Of a DNA stretch of 23,842 nt, positions 17,111 through 23,842 are shown piece after piece. This DNA comes from Calditrichia bacterium. GTDB lineage: Bacteria > Calditrichota > Calditrichia > RBG-13-44-9. The stretch covers positions 1 through 23,842 of the forward strand of contig JARRQT010000125.1 in the NCBI GenBank assembly GCA_037381445.1. The letters run 5' to 3'. Below the pieces are notes generated by a model, which was not told where the DNA came from, searched no databases, and was given only the letters and a program-made list of their open reading frames with translations. The number at the start of each line of letters is the position of its first letter. Position 1 is the stretch's first letter. A program made the position numbers and the translations under genes.

Positions 17111-18121
17111 ATGAGCGTAGATTATAAAATCCTGACCCATCGCGATCTGGAAAGCGTGGATGACGGAAAGCACGCTTTCGCCCTGGATATACTGGTCGGC
17201 CTTTCCGAAACGCCCAAGAGACTGCCCTCGCGCTATTTATATGATGAACAGGGCAGCCGGCTGTTTGAGAAAATAATGGAGCTGCCGGAATATTATCTCA
17301 CCAATTGCGAATTCAATGTCTTTCAGAATCAGCAGGACGAAATTGCAGCGCTGGTGAAAGGCACAAAATTCAATCTGGTGGAACTGGGGGCCGGGGACGG
17401 ACGCAAGACCAGCATCCTGATTCGCAATTTTCTGGATAAGGGATTTGAATTCCGCTATGTGCCCATCGACATTTCCGAATCCGCCATGAAAACCCTGATG
17501 AATTCGTTCAGCAGACAGTTTCCCGATCTGGAGTCATCCGGAATCGTGGCGGAATATTTCAACGGCCTGAAATGGCTCAACACCATTACCAGCCGCAAAA
17601 ACCTGGTGCTTTTCCTGGGCTCCAACCTGGGGAATTTCAACCGGCCCCAGTCCCGGGTTTTCCTGCGCAATCTCTGGAACACCCTGAACGACGGCGATTA
17701 TGTTATCACCGGCTTCGACCTGAAAAAAGATATCGATATGATGCTGAAGGCCTATAACGATTCGCGGGGAGTGACCGCCGAATTTAACCTTAACCTGCTG
17801 AACCGCATCAACCGGGAACTGGGGGGCAATTTCGATCTCTCGAAATTCCGCCACTATTCCAGCTATGATGTCTTCAGCGGCGCCATGGAGAGTTACCTGG
17901 TCAGTCTTCAGAAACAGAATGTTTTCATCTCAAAAATCGGCCATTCTTTCTCCTTCGAAGCCTGGGAGCCGATTCACACCGAATACTCTTATAAGTACCT
18001 GGAATCGGATATCGAAGAACTGGCAGAAGCAACGGGTTTTGTCATCGAAAAACAGCTTTACGATTCGCGGCGCTATTTTGTGGATTCGGTCTGGCGGGTC
18101 AATAAAATTGAAGCCTACTAG
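17111..18121 (+). CDS. egtD: L-histidine N-alpha-trimethyltransferase EgtD
   Basis: PKRLPSRYLYDEQGSRLFEKIMELPEYYLT, VELGAGDGRKT, FLGSNLGNF, AYNDSRGVTAEFNLNLL, IHTEYSYKY; starts 11 bp after egtB. Confidence 0.93.
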   Translation: MSVDYKILTHRDLESVDDGKHAFALDILVGLSETPKRLPSRYLYDEQGSRLFEKIMELPEYYLTNCEFNVFQNQQDEIAALVKGTKFNLVELGAGDGRKTSILIRNFLDKGFEFRYVPIDISESAMKTLMNSFSRQFPDLESSGIVAEYFNGLKWLNTITSRKNLVLFLGSNLGNFNRPQSRVFLRNLWNTLNDGDYVITGFDLKKDIDMMLKAYNDSRGVTAEFNLNLLNRINRELGGNFDLSKFRHYSSYDVFSGAMESYLVSLQKQNVFISKIGHSFSFEAWEPIHTEYSYKYLESDIEELAEATGFVIEKQLYDSRRYFVDSVWRVNKIEAY

Positions 18122-18142
18122 TTCAATCTGCCTGTAAAACAG

Positions 18143-18170
18143 AAAGCCCCGAACGTGCGGGGCTTTTTTT
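18143..18170 (+). terminator. Rho-independent terminator after egtD (possibly bidirectional)
   Basis: AAAGCCCCG-AACGTG-CGGGGCTTT followed by a T run, between the convergent egtD and M6 protease genes. Confidence 0.85.
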
Positions 18171-18194
18171 ATGAAAATATTTTTTTCCGAAGCG

Positions 18195-20795
18195 TTATTT
18201 GACCAGTATTAATTTCCTGACGGACTGCCTGTTATCTTGCTGCAGGACCGCGATATAAAAACCAGACCCCAGCGCCTGGTTGTCATCGCTGCGCCCGTCC
18301 CATTTCACCTCGTTCAGACCGGCGCTCAGATTCCCGGCGGGCAGCGTCCGCACCTTCTGGCCGGCGACGTTATAAATATTCAGGGTTACACCGCTATTAT
18401 TTTCCAGCATAAAGCGAATGGTGGTGGCGGGATTGAAGGGATTGGGATAGTTCCCGATAATCCCGAAACCGGAGGCAACCGCTGCCGGATGGTTTTGCGG
18501 CAGCCCGGTCATTGAGGTAACTGATACATCGTCAATATACCATCCCGCGCCGCCGACCGCGGCATCACTGCCGAATACGAAGCGTATTCTGCCCTGCCCC
18601 GCGCTGTCCGGAAGGTTAACATGATAGGTCAGCCAGCCGCCGGAGTTTCCGGAAAAAACCGGCGTGTCCTTCTCAAAAGGACTCTCCGGACTGTAGATAA
18701 TCCGGTGCGAATAGCCTTCGCTGGGCGTCAACTGCTGATAATGGACGCCGTCCCGGGTCATCTGAATCAGGCCGCCGTCAAAAGCCTCGCCCGACAGGTT
18801 GCTGGCTTCCATGTCATACCAGGTGGAAAATTCGAGTACCATGCCCGGCTCCATTTTAATCCAGGGCGTTTCCAGGGCGGCGTACAAACCGGAGGAGTAA
18901 GTCCCGCCGGCGCTGTCCGGTCCCAGTTTATAGGCCTGGCTGCCATCCGGCGAATAATTCCTGGCCGGGGAAATGTTCCACTGATCTGAATAATCGGGTG
19001 TAACCGCGTAATGCGTCCAGATCCAGGAGTCCTCCTCCATGCCGCTGGAAAACCCGGTCTGATCACCAATGGTGAGAATTTTCTGATAAGTCCTGTCGAA
19101 TGACGAATTATGGACTTCAATGTTGAATAAAACGTAAGACGGATTCTGCACATCGGGATTGACGGTGAATTCAAAAACGTTTCTTACTTTTGAAGTGTCC
19201 GGCGGAATCGAGGCCAGGCTCACGGTTGAATTTGAGGGGTCAATCGTATTCTGTGAAGAGGAAATGGAGATCTCGGCATTTGGGAGACTCGCCCCGGAAT
19301 TCAGCAATTCAATGGTCAGCCAGACATGTTCGCCCGGATCGAGATCGCCCTGGTTGTCACCCAGGGAATCATTCACCAGAATACGAACATCGTTTACCAG
19401 AGGGACCGGGTAGGAAACATAGAGATCCGAAAGAATCCCCTGCGGCGTATCGGCGATATTCATCACGCCGACCAGCGTTTCCTGGTTGACATATCCGTGA
19501 CTCGATGGAACGGTCTGTCCGTTAAAAGTGCTGTTCCCGGAAGTCCCGGGAAAGGGATCACCGGCATCGCCGGCATTACCGTTATCCGCGGGAGAAGAGT
19601 TCAAATTGAATAGCCCGTCCGCCTGCACCAGGTCCACCTTGCGGTGCCAGTCAACAGCGTTCCCCGGAACCGATTCGTCAATGTGCCAGACCAGCAGGCC
19701 GGCACCGGGCAGAAAGGAGTCAAAACCTTCCTTCCGGCGGTTTTCCAGCAGAAAATATTCATTGCCCGATTCGCCATTTGTCCACAGGCGGTATGCTTTT
19801 TCTCCCCCCTCGATGGGCGGGATCAGGACATTCAGGCTGTCCGCGGAGAGGTGAACGGGATTCAGCCAGGCCAGCTTCTGCTTGCACCAGGCATCGAAAT
19901 GGACCGGCCTGCTTCCCCGCAGATTGTCAGGGCCGCCCCACGAACCGCCGGACATCACGGACCAGTTGCCGATTCCCTTGGAGGAATAATCCACATCGTA
20001 TAAATCGGGCAGTCCCAGAATGTGGCCGAATTCGTGGGCAAAAACACCCATGGTTACCAGGTGCCCGTCCTGGGTTTCCGGTTCCATGGTATATTGTTTC
20101 AGCCAGACGTCGTCCCGGTTTTGGGGCGGTATTTCCCAGGCATGGGAATGTATGTCATCGTTGGAACCAGTGGTTTCCCGGCCCGGTCCGGCATGGACGA
20201 TGAACAGGGCGTCCACGTAACCGTCCCCATCGCCGTCAAACTGAGAAAAATCGATCAGGGAATCTGCAGCGGAAACCGCATCTTCCGCCAGCCCCTGTGC
20301 ATTGCGGGGATATTCGCCAAATCCCGCTTCGCCGTTGGTGTAATAGCTGTACGGATGGGGCATTCTCAACCAGGGAGTAACCGTTCCGGTAATTCCCATT
20401 TTGCCATTGGAGTTTTCCAGGTAAAAATCATTCATGCTTCCGGTGGGATAAGTCCCGGCGGAAAAAAGTAACTCTTCAAAAGCGGCCGGGGAATGATTTA
20501 CGCTATCGGCGATCTGATCCGGAAAATCGACCAGAATAAACAATCCTTTTATCGTTCCGTTTCCGGCGCCGGCCATTAATTTATTGAATGACAATTTCTG
20601 CTTTTTGACGGGTTGGTCCAGTCCCAGCAGCCGGGCCTGATTGTATTGCAGCACCATGCTCTTCATTTTACCCTGGGAAATCAGGCGGGCCTTTACCTGC
20701 GGCTGGAAATCCACGCCGTAAACCAGCGCCGGAATCAAAAAAATCAGTAAATATATAATTTTTTGAAAGTGCTTCGCCATTGTCGATCCGGTCAT
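18195..20795 (-). CDS. M6 family (immune inhibitor A-like) metalloprotease with a C-terminal sorting/FlgD-Ig domain
   Basis: Signal peptide; ILVDFPD; DGDGDGYVD; HAGPG; zinc motif HEFGHILGLPDLYD; WSVMSGGSW; EYFLLENR; beta-sandwich GWYIDDV; tail NYPNPFNP...WDG...KLILVK. Alternative start at 20780. Confidence 0.92.
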   Translation of the reverse strand: MTGSTMAKHFQKIIYLLIFLIPALVYGVDFQPQVKARLISQGKMKSMVLQYNQARLLGLDQPVKKQKLSFNKLMAGAGNGTIKGLFILVDFPDQIADSVNHSPAAFEELLFSAGTYPTGSMNDFYLENSNGKMGITGTVTPWLRMPHPYSYYTNGEAGFGEYPRNAQGLAEDAVSAADSLIDFSQFDGDGDGYVDALFIVHAGPGRETTGSNDDIHSHAWEIPPQNRDDVWLKQYTMEPETQDGHLVTMGVFAHEFGHILGLPDLYDVDYSSKGIGNWSVMSGGSWGGPDNLRGSRPVHFDAWCKQKLAWLNPVHLSADSLNVLIPPIEGGEKAYRLWTNGESGNEYFLLENRRKEGFDSFLPGAGLLVWHIDESVPGNAVDWHRKVDLVQADGLFNLNSSPADNGNAGDAGDPFPGTSGNSTFNGQTVPSSHGYVNQETLVGVMNIADTPQGILSDLYVSYPVPLVNDVRILVNDSLGDNQGDLDPGEHVWLTIELLNSGASLPNAEISISSSQNTIDPSNSTVSLASIPPDTSKVRNVFEFTVNPDVQNPSYVLFNIEVHNSSFDRTYQKILTIGDQTGFSSGMEEDSWIWTHYAVTPDYSDQWNISPARNYSPDGSQAYKLGPDSAGGTYSSGLYAALETPWIKMEPGMVLEFSTWYDMEASNLSGEAFDGGLIQMTRDGVHYQQLTPSEGYSHRIIYSPESPFEKDTPVFSGNSGGWLTYHVNLPDSAGQGRIRFVFGSDAAVGGAGWYIDDVSVTSMTGLPQNHPAAVASGFGIIGNYPNPFNPATTIRFMLENNSGVTLNIYNVAGQKVRTLPAGNLSAGLNEVKWDGRSDDNQALGSGFYIAVLQQDNRQSVRKLILVK

Positions 20796-20850
20796 CCGCT
20801 GCCTTTAAGAACGCCAAATCCCCGTTGAAAAGGGGATTTGCTCATTTTAA

Positions 20851-20867
20851 TGTGTAAATATTACACA
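20851..20867. promoter_or_regulatory. Palindromic operator candidate upstream of the M6 protease
   Basis: TGTGTAA-ATA-TTACACA, a perfect 7-3-7 inverted repeat. Confidence 0.4.
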
Positions 20868-21028
20868 GATTAATTCACCGGAAAATTGCGCAAAGGCACA
20901 AAGACAGGATTTTTTTATTAAAATGTTAAATTTTGTATAATAATTTTCAGGGAGTTAATAGACGAAAGAAAGGGAGGATTCCGGGCGAATTTATTGAAAA
21001 TTTATTGGTATGTTTCAAAATGACACTT

Positions 21029-21889
21029 TTAATAATCCAGGTAAAATCCGGCCGAAATATATTTCCTTTTCCGGTCGTAATATTGACCGAAAACGCTGTA
21101 TCCGTTATAGTAGGTCACCGCAAGCCGGTAGTCTCTTTGGTTCTGATAGAACAGGCGGGCGCCCACCTGAATACTGGTATTGATAAAATAATTAAATTCG
21201 CCAATGGCCTGCAGGTCGATGGCGAAATAGGGACTGTTCCCTTCCAGTACATGATCTCCCAGGCCGAACATCAGGCCTCCCTGCAGATTGACCAGTTTGA
21301 CCTTGGGTATACTGTGATAAATAAAATGGATTCCCCCGTAGGCAATAAAAGGTTCAACCGTAATGGAGGCATATCCGCTGATGAATTCCCGGCTGTAAAC
21401 CCGGGGAAGAATATCGATGTCCTCCGAGGCGAATTTATCGCCCAGGTGCCCGCTGATATGACTGTACTCCAAACGAATGGCCGCTTCATGATAATAAAAA
21501 TCGAAGAAACCGGCCAGAAGATAATCCACGGCCATCAGGGGAAATCTGTTTCCTTCCCGGGAAAGCAGCGTCCAGGAATAGCCGGTCATTGCCAGGTACA
21601 TCCCCTTGGTATCTTTCGCGTCGCCATCCGATGAAGGAATAAAATGAAATAAATATACATTTTGACCGATTCGACCGATCAGTTGATTTACGTTCAGCTT
21701 TTTGGTCAGTCCCATCTGGGTATCAAACGGATCGGCATAGAGGCGGGGAAAGATATTCTCCAGTTTTTCGGGAAGAAAAATGATTGTCTTATTCCAGAGT
21801 TTAAGGTCACTGGCTGAAACAGGATCTGCAAGGATAACTAATGACAGGAACATAACGAGTAAGGCGATCTTTTTTTGGCGGATATCCAT
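21029..21889 (-). CDS. DUF1207-like outer-membrane beta-barrel protein
   Basis: GGAGG RBS; signal peptide; FPRLYADP, AVDY, RLEYSHISGHLGD, YSRE, YYNGYSVFGQYY; terminal strand GFYLDY. Confidence 0.75.
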   Translation of the reverse strand: MDIRQKKIALLVMFLSLVILADPVSASDLKLWNKTIIFLPEKLENIFPRLYADPFDTQMGLTKKLNVNQLIGRIGQNVYLFHFIPSSDGDAKDTKGMYLAMTGYSWTLLSREGNRFPLMAVDYLLAGFFDFYYHEAAIRLEYSHISGHLGDKFASEDIDILPRVYSREFISGYASITVEPFIAYGGIHFIYHSIPKVKLVNLQGGLMFGLGDHVLEGNSPYFAIDLQAIGEFNYFINTSIQVGARLFYQNQRDYRLAVTYYNGYSVFGQYYDRKRKYISAGFYLDY

Positions 21890-21995
21890 TTTTCCTCCCT
21901 CTTTTTGGCTGCTCCTTTTTCCGATAAAAAAGGCGCACTGCTGTACTGCGTTTCAACCTATTGCGGACAGTTTAATTCCTGCACTCTCCGGAAGA

Positions 21996-23842
21996 TTAAA
22001 AATTATAGCCCGCAGAAAAATACAGTTCTCTTCTTTCCCGGTTATTCCAGCCATACAGCAGGGAAACCGGTCCCACCGGCGAATCGAGCACCAAACCGAT
22101 GGCAATGCCATTTATCAGCCTGCTGATTTTGATGTCCTCGCGGGCTTCAAATACGCTGGCCGTGCTCCAGGAAGCTTCTCCGTACAATTTTTTGTAAAAA
22201 TTCAGGCGGTACCGCAAACCGCCGATGATCATATTGTCCGCCCAAATCTCATTGCGGTGGTAACCGGGGATGGTGAGAGGCCCGCCCAGGTAAAATTTCT
22301 CATACAGCGGCAGTCTCTTTTCGGACAATCCCACCAGAGCGAAAGGCGTAAATTTTTGCCCCCACAGCGTTGACTGGGTCCAGTTGAGCCGGGCCCGGAC
22401 TTTTGTAAACCGTCTTCCCTTCAACTGATAATTCAGGACTCTTTCGGCCTGCATTGAAAAAAAGGCGCCCTTTCCGGGAAAATGCGGGTTGTCGGTATTA
22501 TCCCACAGCATCTGCCCGAAAACGCTCCAGTGCTGATAAGTAACCGTCGGCTGATTAAAAAAGTTGCTCTCCGCCAGCCAGATCCGCTCCCCGCGCAGGC
22601 CGACGGTAAACAAATATTCGCGGAAAGGCTGCAATCCGAAAGAGAGATGGCCGATTACACGCCTGAAATCAAGCTGGCCGACTCTTCTTCCCTTCTCATC
22701 ATAGATATAGGGGCTGTCCGCCTCATAATAGCTTCCGTTATTGAATATGAGCGAAGTCGCCATAAAACGGCTATTGGCGATTTCCAAACCGGTGCGCTTC
22801 TGCAGTTTTCCGTAGCGGAACAGCGGCATAAAACGGGCCCCCAGTCCCAAAAAAGTGAAGGGAACAATCTGGGCAAAAACACTGATTCCTTCCTCATTGA
22901 AATAATTGATGCCCATCCCGATGGTCCGGGTCGCCTCCTCCAGAAAATGGATGTTAATTCGCACCTTGCCATTCCCCAGATTATCAAGTTCAATCCAGAC
23001 ATTCTGAAACAGACCTGTGGCATAGAGATTTTCAACGCCCTTGAGAGCCCGGTCCATATCAAACCGATCCCCTGCCTTGAGGGGGAAATAGCTGACCACC
23101 ACGCCTTTTCGGCTCAATTGATTATAAAACCGGTCAAGGTCCGAGGAATCGGAGTAAGTGATGATGGAATCCACGCCGCTGATGCGGTGCCCGATGACCC
23201 GTATCGCGCTGATCTTCGACCTTTTCAATTCACCCAGATCCAGTTTTTTCTGATCCTGCACCACGGTTTTCCCCCTGCCGTAAACCAGCTTTTTGATCTC
23301 GTTCATTTTTGCTTTGGTGGCGCGGTAACCGATTTCGATGAGCGAATCCAGTCCGGTATAATTCATATCCGAATGGCGGCCCAGATCGGGGGTAATCATG
23401 ACGCTGGCATATTTGACATTTTTGTCTTCTTGCGCCTTCACCATGATATCGATGGTGTGTATTCCCACCGCGAAAATATTATCGGGAATTTCATTTTTGG
23501 GAAACATTTCGGTGACATCCACACCGATAACAATATCCGCGCCCATCTTCCTGGCAACATCCGTGGGAAGTACATCCATCACCCCGCCGTCCACCATCAT
23601 GCGCCGGTGATACAGGGCGGGATAAAAGACCAGCGGGATTGCCATACTGGCCCGCATGGCCTGGGGCAAACTTCCCCTGTGCAGCGCGTAGACCTTTACG
23701 CGGCTGATATCCACGGCCATGGCGCGGTAGGGAATGCACAGGCTGTCAAAATCGGAGCGGGCGGCAAAGCTCGCCGGGGCCGCCAGCCTGAACAGCTCCT
23801 GACTGATTCTCTGCCCGTTGATCAGTCCGAAGGGGATTGACA
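21996..23842 (-). CDS. Patatin-like phospholipase with POTRA and Omp85-type barrel (PlpD / type Vd-like), 5' end outside the window
   Basis: The frame is open to the window edge (…GLINGQRI…DFDSLCIPYRAMAVD…). Motifs AMRASMAIP and catalytic VDGG; POTRA-like segment (LYATGLFQNV); barrel motifs FYLGG...PGY and SPVGPV; C-terminal SAGYNF. Confidence 0.88.
   Translation of the reverse strand, partial: SIPFGLINGQRISQELFRLAAPASFAARSDFDSLCIPYRAMAVDISRVKVYALHRGSLPQAMRASMAIPLVFYPALYHRRMMVDGGVMDVLPTDVARKMGADIVIGVDVTEMFPKNEIPDNIFAVGIHTIDIMVKAQEDKNVKYASVMITPDLGRHSDMNYTGLDSLIEIGYRATKAKMNEIKKLVYGRGKTVVQDQKKLDLGELKRSKISAIRVIGHRISGVDSIITYSDSSDLDRFYNQLSRKGVVVSYFPLKAGDRFDMDRALKGVENLYATGLFQNVWIELDNLGNGKVRINIHFLEEATRTIGMGINYFNEEGISVFAQIVPFTFLGLGARFMPLFRYGKLQKRTGLEIANSRFMATSLIFNNGSYYEADSPYIYDEKGRRVGQLDFRRVIGHLSFGLQPFREYLFTVGLRGERIWLAESNFFNQPTVTYQHWSVFGQMLWDNTDNPHFPGKGAFFSMQAERVLNYQLKGRRFTKVRARLNWTQSTLWGQKFTPFALVGLSEKRLPLYEKFYLGGPLTIPGYHRNEIWADNMIIGGLRYRLNFYKKLYGEASWSTASVFEAREDIKISRLINGIAIGLVLDSPVGPVSLLYGWNNRERRELYFSAGYNF

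Noticed and set aside
22482..23840. 452-aa plus-strand ORF
   Set aside because: Antisense shadow of the patatin/Omp85 gene with no recognisable motifs. The same applies to 20933-21634, 14242-15006, 15031-15750 and 16350-17015.
1..23842. CRISPR array, IS/transposase, integrase, tRNA or rRNA
   Set aside because: No regularly spaced repeats, recombinase motifs or structural RNA signatures were seen by eye.

Overview
A bacterial chromosomal segment of about 50% GC. Abundant signal-peptide proteins, outer-membrane barrels and two proteins ending in a YPNPFNP...WDG...K-type C-terminal sorting/FlgD-Ig domain suggest an FCB-group or Calditrichota-like diderm (inference). In order: a truncated lipoprotein, FadL/PorV-like barrel, DUF2059 protein, OM barrel, DoxX, secreted esterase, then a minus-strand module (PAS/sigma-54 activator with an OrpR-type C-X8-C-X3-C motif, a TPR-like protein, and a Tat-signal split-Soret-type diheme cytochrome c fused to a C-terminal sorting domain). 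After that come a GNAT, a deletion-inactivated S8 protease, PhzF, a SAM methyltransferase, an RclA/MerA-like flavoprotein disulfide reductase, egtB-egtD, an M6 metalloprotease, a DUF1207 barrel and a truncated PlpD-like patatin. The most interesting item is the sigma-54 redox module, whose -24/-12 promoter, enhancer repeats and terminator can be read in the sequence. A decayed duplicate of the GNAT/S8 junction lies just beyond its terminator. No rRNA, tRNA, CRISPR array or transposase was recognised. All family assignments come from motif reading, not database searches.
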